50,584 bases of DNA from positions 1-50,584 of the IMG/VR virus record IMGVR_UViG_3300036859_000429, one strand, 5' to 3'. Shown here piece after piece: positions 13,171-21,097 of this stretch; position 1 is the first letter of the stretch, and each line of letters starts with the position of its first letter. This DNA comes from a virus. The notes below the pieces were generated by a model. That model ran no database searches, was not told where the DNA came from, and worked only from the letters and a program-made list of their open reading frames with translations. A program made the position numbers and the translations under genes.

Positions 13171-13301
13171 TGTGGCCCTCCTTCAATTCAAGAGAGGTCG
13201 GGTACCCGCAACGGAGGATACGCGATCCAACGGACGAGACGCGAAGGGCGCCGGGTGCCCCGACGCCCCTCAAACGCCTCTCGCCAGAGGCCGCTCTGGC
13301 C

Positions 13302-13330
13302 TTGCGGCGTCGAGCGATCAGGCGTAGAGT
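13302..13330 (+). promoter_or_regulatory. putative promoter TTGCGG-17nt-TAGAGT for the replication block
   Basis: ttgcgg 13302-13307, 17-nt spacer, tagagt 13325-13330. GTG 13344 lies 13 nt downstream. Confidence 0.45.
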
Positions 13331-13343
13331 TCCGTTCTCTCTC

Positions 13344-13667
13344 GTGAACGGTGAACCGGACACTACCCGTCACTCCCCGCCAGATCAACTTCGCGAGCAC
13401 ATATCGCGGGTGATCGGCATGGACATCGACGAGTACCTCGCGCTCGACGCCGAAGCGCACCGCCCGCCACCCCTGGACCACGAGGCAAACCGCGGCTGGA
13501 AAGCAGTGATGCTCGCGCCGACGATCGAGCTTTGCCAGGCGCTCCTGCGCGACGAGCGCGTCCCGTGGCGAGTGCTACGCCCCGACCAAGCCGAGCGCTT
13601 TGGACTCAGACGGCGTACAGCCGATGATCGTTACTCGCTCGACGACTTTAACGACGTTCGCAAGTGA
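13344..13667 (+). CDS. hypothetical protein (107 aa; alternative ATG 13419)
   Basis: The C-terminal part of ORF 13089..13667 looks coding. GTG 13344 follows the promoter-like element. Stop overlaps the next start (GTGA). Confidence 0.5.
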   Translation: MNGEPDTTRHSPPDQLREHISRVIGMDIDEYLALDAEAHRPPPLDHEANRGWKAVMLAPTIELCQALLRDERVPWRVLRPDQAERFGLRRRTADDRYSLDDFNDVRK

Positions 13668-15091
13668 CAGGCCCACCCGCCAGCTGGGGTGGCTACGAAG
13701 AGTCACCGAACGGGCAGCCGGGCTTCTACGACAAGCCGCTCGTGTACATGTCGACGATCGAGCCGATCGAGCCGAAGTTTGTCGAGTACCCGCTGCTGCA
13801 GGCGGCGATGTTCCACCTCGTCGCAGGCAAGCCTGGCGTCGGCAAGGGCGCGCTGTGCACACGCTGGATCGCGCGCTGCACGACCGGAGAGATGTACGGC
13901 ACGCCGAGGCGAGCGCTCTGGTTGTCGAGCGAGGAAGATGCTGCCCGCGACCTACGCCCGAGACTCGACGTTGCCGGAGCGGACATCACGAAGGTGGCGC
14001 TCGTCCCGAACGACTTTCGTCTGCCCCGAGACACGGACTGGTTGCACGATCGAATCAAGGCCGAGGGCAACGTCGGCCTCGTCGTGATCGACCCGATGTC
14101 GAACCACATCGAAAAGACAAACTCCTCGGTTGAGGAGGAGGTGCGAGAAGCGCTGCAGCCGCTCCTTCAGGTGGCCGCAGCTCTCGACGTACCGATGCTC
14201 GGAATCCGACACGTCTCGACGAAGGAGGGTCGCGGCAACTTCCTCGGCCGGATCCTCGGGGCGACCGGCTGGGTGGGTGTTTCGCGCGCGGTGCTCGGCG
14301 TCGCCCAGGACTTCGACGGCGTCGTGCACGTCCGCGCGATCAAGGGCAACCGCGTACCCCTAGCTGAGTCGGGTAGGCGCTTCAAGCTCGTCGGCGTCGA
14401 GTACAACGGCTGGAACGCCACCGTTGTGCGCGCAGTCGAGGCCGGGAATTCGCTGATCGACCTGGACGACCTGGTCACCATGATCGACCGCAAGACGTTC
14501 GACTCGAACAGCGAGATGGCCCGCGGGGAGATCCTGCGCATCCTGCGCGAGAGCGGCGGGATCTGCGAGTCGGACAAGCTCGACGCCGATGTCATCAGAG
14601 AGACCGGCTTGAAGCCGAAGACAATTCGGAACCTGCGGACGGAGATGAAAGACCGCGGCTGGCTGCGAGCGTTCCCCGAGAAGGACGAAGAGGGCAAGAT
14701 CGAGCGCTGGATGATCTCGCTCACGAACGCAGCGCCGTTTCACCTTGAAGCAGAGGACCCCTTACCTTTCACACCTCATAGCCCTCTAGACAACGCGCGC
14801 GCGCGTACACCAGACGGGATGACAGGATCTGGATATTTGCAGGGAGATTTGCTGGCCCAGTCGGGACCTGGTTTCGGGGAATCAGGACCTGGATCTAAGC
14901 AGTCGGGACCTGGACGGGACCTGGACAGTCGGGACCTGGATCCTGAGCAGTCGGGACCTGGGCCTGATCTGTCAGACGATGTCGTTACGGTCCTCGCCTC
15001 GTGCCCGGTCTGCGACTCGACGAACATCGGCGAAATCTCCGGCCGCTGCCACGCCTGCGGCTCGAAGGTGAACGAGATCAACGTCAACTGA
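13664..15091 (+). CDS. RecA-fold P-loop ATPase (RepA/DnaB-like replication protein) with C-terminal wHTH-like region, SGPG repeats and Zn ribbon (475 aa)
   Basis: ORF track. Walker A VAGKPGVGKG, Walker B GLVVIDPM. C-terminus CPVCDS...CHACG. Confidence 0.85.
   Translation: MTGPPASWGGYEESPNGQPGFYDKPLVYMSTIEPIEPKFVEYPLLQAAMFHLVAGKPGVGKGALCTRWIARCTTGEMYGTPRRALWLSSEEDAARDLRPRLDVAGADITKVALVPNDFRLPRDTDWLHDRIKAEGNVGLVVIDPMSNHIEKTNSSVEEEVREALQPLLQVAAALDVPMLGIRHVSTKEGRGNFLGRILGATGWVGVSRAVLGVAQDFDGVVHVRAIKGNRVPLAESGRRFKLVGVEYNGWNATVVRAVEAGNSLIDLDDLVTMIDRKTFDSNSEMARGEILRILRESGGICESDKLDADVIRETGLKPKTIRNLRTEMKDRGWLRAFPEKDEEGKIERWMISLTNAAPFHLEAEDPLPFTPHSPLDNARARTPDGMTGSGYLQGDLLAQSGPGFGESGPGSKQSGPGRDLDSRDLDPEQSGPGPDLSDDVVTVLASCPVCDSTNIGEISGRCHACGSKVNEINVN
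14858..14961 (+). repeat. iteron-like direct repeats (4 x CAGTCGGGACCTGG plus 2 partial GGACCTGG) inside the ATPase gene
   Basis: Full copies at 14858-14871, 14900-14913, 14926-14939 and 14948-14961. Partial copies at 14882-14892 and 14915-14924. Core spacing is 22, 20, 11, 15, 22 bp. Confidence 0.85.
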
Positions 15092-15106
15092 AAGGAGCGT
15101 TTTCCA

Positions 15107-15325
15107 TTGAAAACGATCTGTGCGTTCTGCGACCAGCCGATCGAACAGCCTGCGAAGGCCTACCGAGGCATCACCGGCTGGGTGAAGCCTCGCAAGAGCG
15201 GCGGCGCAAACGCGGTCGCGCTGAAGGAGGAGACAGGAGCGCTCGCTCACCCGCTCTGCGTCGAGGGCGGGAAGCTCGGCTGGATGACTGCCGACGTGAT
15301 CCCCGGTCAGCTGGTGATTTCGTGA
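15107..15325 (+). CDS. hypothetical protein (72 aa)
   Basis: ORF track. TTG start, AGGAG 9 nt upstream. CAFC motif. Confidence 0.7.
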   Translation: MKTICAFCDQPIEQPAKAYRGITGWVKPRKSGGANAVALKEETGALAHPLCVEGGKLGWMTADVIPGQLVIS

Positions 15326-15465
15326 ACCCCGAGGCGAGCCTCGCGCTCGGGCTGATCTTCGGCATCGTCGGGGGCACGATGATCCTGGCAACGCTCGGGC
15401 TCTGGGGTTTGCCGCTCGTGCTCCTCTGCACGCTGCTCGGGATCGTGGTGGGTGACCGGCTGTGA
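15322..15465 (+). CDS. small membrane protein (47 aa, not resolved in track)
   Basis: GTG 15322 overlaps the previous stop (GTGA). VNPEASLALGLIFGIVGGTMILATLGLWGLPLVLLCTLLGIVVGDRL has two hydrophobic helices. Confidence 0.55.
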   Translation: MNPEASLALGLIFGIVGGTMILATLGLWGLPLVLLCTLLGIVVGDRL

Positions 15466-15791
15466 TCATCCTCGGCGGCAGGCTGAAAGTCGAGCGCGAA
15501 GGGCAACATCTGCGTGTCTATGAGCGCTGGCACAAGACCGCCCGAATCGACGAAGGGCTGCGGATTGAGCGCTTCGGCGGTCTCGACTGTCCTCACGATC
15601 GCCCGTGCGTCGTCTGGACGCGTGCTGGGCTTCCTGTGAGCGCCTGGCGGCATCGTGACGGCGGCTTCGTGTTCCAGGTCTACGGTGGTACGTGGATCCT
15701 TGAGATCAGCTTGGCCGTCCGCCGCCGAGACAGATTCGGGGTCCGCAAGCCGTTCGCGGTGACTCTAACCACGGGGCTGACAGAAACATGA
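15462..15791 (+). CDS. hypothetical protein (109 aa)
   Basis: ORF track. GTGA overlap with the previous gene. Confidence 0.65.
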   Translation: MIILGGRLKVEREGQHLRVYERWHKTARIDEGLRIERFGGLDCPHDRPCVVWTRAGLPVSAWRHRDGGFVFQVYGGTWILEISLAVRRRDRFGVRKPFAVTLTTGLTET

Positions 15792-16063
15792 GACGTCGCA
15801 AGCTCACGCCGGACTCGACCCGCGACATCGACTGGCAGCGTGGCGAGTACGCGCGCCTGATGGGCGAGGAGAAGGCGCACGAGCAGGAGGTCGCCGGGCG
15901 GCTGGAACAGGGGCTCTGCATCTGCCCTCGCTTCAAGGGCACGACGATCAAGGACCGCGGTGTCTTTCGCACGATCCACCAGCGCGAGTGCCCGAAGTGG
16001 AAGCCGTGGATGGAGGAGTACGAGAACCGGCCGAAGCGCTGGCCCGCAGGCGAACCCAGTTGA
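15788..16063 (+). CDS. hypothetical protein (91 aa)
   Basis: ORF track. ATGA overlap with the previous gene. Confidence 0.7.
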   Translation: MRRRKLTPDSTRDIDWQRGEYARLMGEEKAHEQEVAGRLEQGLCICPRFKGTTIKDRGVFRTIHQRECPKWKPWMEEYENRPKRWPAGEPS

Positions 16064-16088
16064 TATCGTCCGAACGAACCGCTACGAT
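16060..16088 (+). promoter_or_regulatory. putative internal promoter TTGATA-17nt-TACGAT
   Basis: ttgata 16060-16065, 17-nt spacer, tacgat 16083-16088. It sits in the 65-nt gap before 16129. Confidence 0.45.
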
Positions 16089-16128
16089 GCGAACATCGTT
16101 CTGTTGATCGTTTGACCCAGGAGGAGAC

Positions 16129-16920
16129 ATGAGCTACCCGCAGCAGGGCTACCAAGCCCCGGCCGCGCCCGTCGACAGGGACGTGCACGGCATACTCATC
16201 GGCGTCGAGGCGCGCAACGCAGGCTGGATGCGGTTCCTGATTCAGGAGCAGGGCAGACAGTACCCGTACAAGGCGGACACGAAGAAGCCCGAGGTGATCC
16301 AGGCTGGGATGTCGCTGATGCAGCAGCCGGTCAGCGCGAACGTGCGCGAGCAAAACTCGGCTGAGATCAACCCGCACACGGGGCAGCCGTACCTGAACCG
16401 CTACCTGAACGCGATTGCTCCGCAGGGCTACGCGCCCGGCGTGCAGCCGTCGCCACAGCACATGGCGCAGAATCAGCCACCCGGCCCGGCGTACTCACAG
16501 CCTGCGCAACAACCGCAGCAAGCTGCACCGCCGACCCAAATGCTGAACGCTCCGCAGCCGGGGATCTCGGGCTACGAGAGGGACGTGAACATCATGCGTC
16601 AGTGCGCCTCCAAGTGCGCGACCATGATGCTCTCCGCGCTCCCCGAGGAGCAGCGGAATCCACAAGGTCTGATCGCTGCGGCCGAAACGTGGATGGCGTA
16701 CTACGTGTACGGGCCGCTGCGCTTCGGCGTGCAGCCGTTCTCGTCATCAGAAGGACAACCTCGCGTTCCGAATCTCCGTCCGCGCGACGACGCTCCAGTC
16801 CAGACGGCTCCCGGCACGCAGCCCGACGAGGCGAGGACGTGGGACGGCATCACCCCATGCCCGGACTGCGGCTTCAGCGGTCAGCACGCGATCGGGTGTC
16901 CGAGGGGTGACTACGCGTGA
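16129..16920 (+). CDS. hypothetical protein with Q/P-rich linker and C-terminal Cys pair (263 aa), possible DNA-binding protein
   Basis: ORF track. RBS AGGAGGAG 5 nt upstream. A low-complexity QPPGPAYSQPAQQPQQAAPP linker separates two globular parts. Confidence 0.85.
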   Translation: MSYPQQGYQAPAAPVDRDVHGILIGVEARNAGWMRFLIQEQGRQYPYKADTKKPEVIQAGMSLMQQPVSANVREQNSAEINPHTGQPYLNRYLNAIAPQGYAPGVQPSPQHMAQNQPPGPAYSQPAQQPQQAAPPTQMLNAPQPGISGYERDVNIMRQCASKCATMMLSALPEEQRNPQGLIAAAETWMAYYVYGPLRFGVQPFSSSEGQPRVPNLRPRDDAPVQTAPGTQPDEARTWDGITPCPDCGFSGQHAIGCPRGDYA

Positions 16921-17009
16921 TGGGGGGTCAGCGTCACGACTGGATCTTCGCTTTCGTCTGGATCGCAGGGCTTCTTGTCTGGGTAGTGCTGGCGATGATC
17001 TCGGCATGA
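16920..17009 (+). CDS. membrane mini-protein (29 aa, not in ORF track)
   Basis: The ATG overlaps the previous stop (TGATG) and its stop overlaps the next start (ATGA). MGGQRHDWIFAFVWIAGLLVWVVLAMISA. Confidence 0.4.
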   Translation: MGGQRHDWIFAFVWIAGLLVWVVLAMISA

Positions 17010-17224
17010 ACAGCGCACAAGAGGACACCGGTCGCGCTGAGTGGTACGTGTCCGGCGCGCACGCGCGTCGAGCGGTCGGCTACCTCAGCGCAGCGCTTGC
17101 CGAACGGGACGCCCTTCCCGAGAACTTTCCGTCCCCAGTTCTGCTCGACCTGTGGGGCGATGCGCTCCTAGCGACAGAGCTGGAGGACGACTACCCACCA
17201 TCTCCGATCGGGGTGCCGACATGA
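17006..17224 (+). CDS. hypothetical protein (72 aa)
   Basis: Internal ATG of ORF 16907..17224 (MNSAQEDTGRAEWYV...). Confidence 0.6.
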   Translation: MNSAQEDTGRAEWYVSGAHARRAVGYLSAALAERDALPENFPSPVLLDLWGDALLATELEDDYPPSPIGVPT

Positions 17225-17418
17225 GCGACGACGACATGACCGACTTCCAAGCTCTGATCACGGGCTTCGTCGTCGGCGCGCTGCTGAAAGCGCCCGAGTC
17301 CGGCTTCAACATCTACGCGGAGACTGTCGTCGACCAGGACGGCAACTATCGCCCGACCATACTTGTCAGCGGCCTCGGGACGGGCGAGAAGATCGTGATC
17401 ACGGTGGACCGGGCATGA
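17221..17418 (+). CDS. hypothetical protein (65 aa)
   Basis: ATG 17221 overlaps the previous stop (ATGA). It lies in the frame of ORF 17041..17418. Confidence 0.65.
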   Translation: MSDDDMTDFQALITGFVVGALLKAPESGFNIYAETVVDQDGNYRPTILVSGLGTGEKIVITVDRA

Positions 17419-17678
17419 CCGGCATCGACCCCGCCGAAGTCGGGCGCGAAGCGATGGCGCTCATGGACCAGCTGATGGTCAACCGGTTGCCGGAGGGTGC
17501 GCGCATCGAAGAGGTGATGGTGATCGCCGCGATCACATTCCCGACCGGCAACACGGAGGAGGCCGGGTCAGACCTGTACTACCGGTGCACGTCCGCGTTC
17601 CCGTGGGTTCAGAAGGGGATCGCCGCGCATCTGTTCGACGCGATCAGGCACAACTCGCAACCCTGGCGACCGGAATGA
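17415..17678 (+). CDS. hypothetical protein (87 aa)
   Basis: ORF track. ATGA overlap. Confidence 0.75.
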   Translation: MTGIDPAEVGREAMALMDQLMVNRLPEGARIEEVMVIAAITFPTGNTEEAGSDLYYRCTSAFPWVQKGIAAHLFDAIRHNSQPWRPE

Positions 17679-17682
17679 ACCC

Positions 17683-18000
17683 ATGACCGTGAAGCAGAGC
17701 AGGCTCGAAGTGCAAGGAATCGTAACGCTCGCAGGCGTGCCGATCGTGCAGTGCCGAATGCTCGGAGAGAACGGCGAGATCATCTCGAAGTGGCAATGCT
17801 CGCCGATGGAGGCGCGCGAGCACGCGCAGCTAATGGTCGAGGCGGCGATGAACGCAATCTACGACGCCGCGATCATGCTGTGGGCGAAGGAAACGTGGCC
17901 GAACGACAAGATGATGGGGCCGCGCATGCTCGCTCTCGTGCGCGACCACCGTGCCGATCACTGGGGACTACCCGACACCCCAGACGACTGGCGAACGTGA
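17683..18000 (+). CDS. hypothetical protein (105 aa)
   Basis: ORF track. Confidence 0.75.
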   Translation: MTVKQSRLEVQGIVTLAGVPIVQCRMLGENGEIISKWQCSPMEAREHAQLMVEAAMNAIYDAAIMLWAKETWPNDKMMGPRMLALVRDHRADHWGLPDTPDDWRT

Positions 18001-18200
18001 TGCCCACCAAAATCATCATGAAGACCGGTGCGGTGATCTACGTCGATGACTTCCGAAGCAACATCGTCGAGGCGTGGGAACAAGTATTGAACGGCGGGGC
18101 AGAGCTTCTCACTTGTAGGCAGCTGTACGCCGGGATTCCCTTGCCCGAGGTGACGATCGACATGCGCGAGATCGAGTGCGTGTTCGAGGAGCGACGCTGA
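18000..18200 (+). CDS. hypothetical protein (66 aa)
   Basis: ATG 18000 overlaps the previous stop (TGATG). MPTKIIMKTGAVIYVDDF... Confidence 0.7.
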   Translation: MPTKIIMKTGAVIYVDDFRSNIVEAWEQVLNGGAELLTCRQLYAGIPLPEVTIDMREIECVFEERR

Positions 18201-18415
18201 TGGGACATGATCGTCTACTGCAAATGAACCCCGACCCAATCCGGCTCGTGCCCGCGGCACAGCGTGATGTCTGGTTCAAATCGGTGTACCGTTGGCGCTG
18301 TCACTACGAGGACGGTCGAGGACAGTGTCGCTCTCGCGAAACGGTCGGTCGCTGGAATGCGGTCGAACATCGCGCCGAGTGGTACTGCGAACGACACCTG
18401 TCGGAGCAAGCCTGA
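18200..18415 (+). CDS. hypothetical Cys/His-containing protein (71 aa)
   Basis: ATG 18200 overlaps the previous stop (TGATG). MGHDRLLQMNPDP... Confidence 0.65.
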   Translation: MGHDRLLQMNPDPIRLVPAAQRDVWFKSVYRWRCHYEDGRGQCRSRETVGRWNAVEHRAEWYCERHLSEQA

Positions 18416-18813
18416 TGCCTCGCGAAGTTCCCGGCACTTGGGAGCACGGCCAGCCACCGACACCGATGCAGGTCAAGAACGACCCTCGCATCATGGCTGC
18501 ACTCGACCGCGACGCGGGCCTGGAGAACGTGCGCTCGTTCAAGACGTTCGTGATGGGCGAGTGCAAGATCCTGCTCGGGTACGAGCGCGCAGGCAAGAAT
18601 GGCGAGTGGCTCTGGCACCTCTCGATCTCGCACCCGGATCGTCATCCGACTTGGGACGAGATGAAGGCTGCGCGCTATTGGCTGCTCTCGAACGGTCTCT
18701 GCTTCGGGATCCTGCTGCCGCCGCCCGAGAACTACGTGAACGTCGAGGCGCAAGATCACGTCTTCCACCTGTGGGAAATCACTGACCCGAGGGAACCATG
18801 GACAGCGACATGA
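18415..18813 (+). CDS. hypothetical protein (132 aa)
   Basis: ATG 18415 overlaps the previous stop (TGATG). Conserved-looking WLWHLSISHPDRHPTWDEMK segment. Confidence 0.75.
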   Translation: MPREVPGTWEHGQPPTPMQVKNDPRIMAALDRDAGLENVRSFKTFVMGECKILLGYERAGKNGEWLWHLSISHPDRHPTWDEMKAARYWLLSNGLCFGILLPPPENYVNVEAQDHVFHLWEITDPREPWTAT

Positions 18814-19010
18814 GCAAGGCTCGCATGTGGGGCGCATCGAACGCGACACCATCGGGAGAATGGGAAACGTTCGAGGTGAAACCATTGCGCGCGGTCGGTA
18901 TGCGTGAGGTCATCCTCGACCGCGTGACATTTTTGTGGCCGTACCGTTACGACCCGCTCGGCCGCGCCTTTTTGCGCTACTACCTGCGCATGCGGAAGGT
19001 GGTTCCGTGA
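18810..19010 (+). CDS. hypothetical protein (66 aa; alternative ATG 18798)
   Basis: ATG 18810 gives an ATGA overlap with the previous stop. Confidence 0.6.
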   Translation: MSKARMWGASNATPSGEWETFEVKPLRAVGMREVILDRVTFLWPYRYDPLGRAFLRYYLRMRKVVP

Positions 19011-19216
19011 GTCGCTCTAAGCAACTGTTCGACATGGCACTCGCCGCTTACGAAAGTGCGCTCGCCGAGTCCCGTGTCGAGTTTGCTGTGTCCCAAACTC
19101 GGGTCGCGCGCCTGAAGCTGGCGTCCGAATTGGAGAAGCTCGGTCGCCACGACGAAGCGTCAGAGATCATCGCCGCCGTTCGCGAAGAACAACAGCAGGA
19201 GGAGCCAATCTCATGA
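19007..19216 (+). CDS. hypothetical helical protein (69 aa)
   Basis: GTG 19007 gives a GTGA overlap. It lies in the frame of ORF 18935..19216. Confidence 0.65.
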   Translation: MSRSKQLFDMALAAYESALAESRVEFAVSQTRVARLKLASELEKLGRHDEASEIIAAVREEQQQEEPIS

Positions 19217-19509
19217 ACACACCGATGTTGCGCTTCGTGTCCGACCTTTTCGAGAGCGGCATGTATCACTGCGGCTGGATAGGGCCGTGGCCCCCGCCGG
19301 AAGAGTTCGGCGTGTTCGTCGGCATGCAGACCGGTCTCGTCAAGGTCTACGAGCAAGGGCAGGTCGACGCGGACGTTCTGCGTGACGCCGAGTCCGTCGC
19401 CCATCACGCACTCTTCCGTCGCATCTCCTACTCGCAGCTGCCCGTCGTCGATGGTCTCGATCACGTCGTGCGCGGTGCCGAGTACCGACTCGAACAGAGG
19501 CTCACATGA
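19213..19509 (+). CDS. hypothetical protein (98 aa)
   Basis: ORF track. ATGA overlap. Confidence 0.75.
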   Translation: MNTPMLRFVSDLFESGMYHCGWIGPWPPPEEFGVFVGMQTGLVKVYEQGQVDADVLRDAESVAHHALFRRISYSQLPVVDGLDHVVRGAEYRLEQRLT

Positions 19510-19817
19510 GCGACGACACAACGCACTATCTCGTTGTGACGCTCAACGACGGCGAGAAGGACTGGGAGGTCGAACATCCTTCCTCTTGTCCCCGCGAACG
19601 CATCTCGTCGTTTCTCGGCGACGCGCGCGACGACTGGCGCGAAGAATTCACTTGCCACGTCGGTCGGATGCTCGCGGACGGCGGTGCTGATGCCATCGCC
19701 GGGGGAATTCCCGAGCCGGGCCACTACCCGTTGTCCTTCGAGTCGTCATATCAACCGTCAACGGTGTACGGACCAGCCGAATGGGACGCCTGGCTCGAAA
19801 TCGGTGATGCATTGTGA
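19506..19817 (+). CDS. hypothetical acidic protein (103 aa)
   Basis: ORF track. ATGA overlap. Confidence 0.75.
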   Translation: MSDDTTHYLVVTLNDGEKDWEVEHPSSCPRERISSFLGDARDDWREEFTCHVGRMLADGGADAIAGGIPEPGHYPLSFESSYQPSTVYGPAEWDAWLEIGDAL

Positions 19818-20782
19818 GCAACCAGCCCTTCGTCTTGCCGCCCGCACCTGAAGTCTGGAAGCCCGAGCCCGAGCCGGTGCAAGGCTGGGTCGATGGTTAC
19901 ATTCAGCACTTCAGCGCTTCTTCGATTCGCATGCTGCGCATTTGCCCCGAGCAGTACCGACAGCGCTACATCCTTGGTCGCAAGGAGCGTCCGGGTGAGG
20001 CGCTCACGCTCGGCTCCGCAGTGCACGCCGCGGTCGGCTTCTCGCACCAACAGAAAATCGAGTCACACGAGGACCTGCCGGTGCCGCAGGTGGTCGAGTA
20101 CTTCCACGACAAAGCTTGGCCCACCGCGGTCGAGAAGGACGGCGGTGTTGACGAGATCCGCTGGGACAAGAAGCCGGAAGAGGTGCGCCGCGACGGCGAG
20201 CGTGTCACGCAGGCGTACCACTCTGTCGTCTCGCCGCGCGTCCAGCCGATCGCGGTCGAGCGTCGCATTGAGATCGTGATCCCCGGCGTACCGGTGCCGT
20301 TCATCGGCTACGTGGATTGGGAGGAGGAGCTGAACGTCGATGACGTCAAGACCGGCAAGCAGGTGCAGCGCAAGCCGGACGCGAACTGGCGCTTTCAGGG
20401 GACGCTCTACACGTACGCGCTGCAGAAGCCGACGCACTTCCACTCGGTCTCGCGCGCGAAGACACCTTCGATTGCGACCCCGAAGGAGTCGCCGGACATG
20501 ATCGTCTCGCCGCACGAGGCGCAGCGCGAGCACGTCGAGAAGGTGCTGCGTGACTTCGCAGCGCAGGTCGAGTGGTACTTCCTCCGCTTCGGCCCGGACG
20601 AGCCCTGGCCGACGACGGGAACGTTCATGGACTACAAAGGTGGACCCGCGTGCAACTTTTGTGGCTTCCGCAAGTTCTGCGTCGCCTGGGCACATGAGCG
20701 CGAGATAGCGCAGCCTGTGCTTCTCGGGGTCGAAGAGGCGCGGCAATTGAAGGAGAGTTTCGGTGACAAGGCACCGTTCTGA
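19814..20782 (+). CDS. PD-(D/E)XK Cas4/RecB-like exonuclease (322 aa)
   Basis: ORF track, GTGA overlap. SASSIRMLRICPEQYRQRY N-terminal Cys, IGYVDWEE...VDDVKTGK core and C-terminal CNFCGFRKFC, which is the Cas4-type 4-Cys arrangement. Confidence 0.8.
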   Translation: MSNQPFVLPPAPEVWKPEPEPVQGWVDGYIQHFSASSIRMLRICPEQYRQRYILGRKERPGEALTLGSAVHAAVGFSHQQKIESHEDLPVPQVVEYFHDKAWPTAVEKDGGVDEIRWDKKPEEVRRDGERVTQAYHSVVSPRVQPIAVERRIEIVIPGVPVPFIGYVDWEEELNVDDVKTGKQVQRKPDANWRFQGTLYTYALQKPTHFHSVSRAKTPSIATPKESPDMIVSPHEAQREHVEKVLRDFAAQVEWYFLRFGPDEPWPTTGTFMDYKGGPACNFCGFRKFCVAWAHEREIAQPVLLGVEEARQLKESFGDKAPF

Positions 20783-20907
20783 TGTCACCGCTTGAAGCCA
20801 CGTATCGCTCGAAGTGCTCTGTTTGCGGCGAGTGGATCGAGGAAGGTGATTTGATCGCCACGAACGAGAACGGCGACTGGGTGCACGAGGAGTGTGCGGA
20901 TGAGTGA
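20782..20907 (+). CDS. small Zn-ribbon-like protein (41 aa, not in ORF track)
   Basis: The ATG overlaps the previous stop (TGATG). MSPLEATYRSKCSVCGEWIEEGDLIATNENGDWVHEECADE. Confidence 0.5.
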   Translation: MSPLEATYRSKCSVCGEWIEEGDLIATNENGDWVHEECADE

Positions 20908-21097
20908 CGGATTGACCGCAGGGCAAGTGCGCAGTCTCATCAGTCACGGTCTGTGGAATCCGCCAGGACACGATCTGCTCATCTACCAGCGCGAGCTTGC
21001 CTTCGCGAACCGCGGTCCGATCTTGACGCCGGAGCAGGTGGCGAAGGAGAAACGTGATCGTGGCTGGCCGGTCGACGTCGAGTGGAAGAACTACTGA
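20900..21097 (+). CDS. hypothetical protein (65 aa)
   Basis: ATG 20900 in the frame of ORF 20894..21097. 8-nt overlap with the previous ORF. Confidence 0.6.
   Translation: MSDGLTAGQVRSLISHGLWNPPGHDLLIYQRELAFANRGPILTPEQVAKEKRDRGWPVDVEWKNY

Noticed and set aside
13089-13343. N-terminal 85 codons of ORF 13089..13667
   Set aside because: This part overlaps the divergent gene 12727..13170 and the promoter-like gap, and its translation is Arg/Ser/Pro-rich. Only the portion from GTG 13344 (or ATG 13419) looks coding.
15706-16461. 251-aa minus-strand ORF; also 20063..20971 (-), 29179..30096 (+), 40482..41312 (+), 32371..33006 (+), 11584..12339 (+), 21288..21935 (-), 38184..38708 (+)
   Set aside because: All are antisense or out of frame relative to genes that have RBSs, coupling and recognisable motifs. 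All have the R/P/A/G-rich composition expected from non-coding frames of GC-rich DNA.
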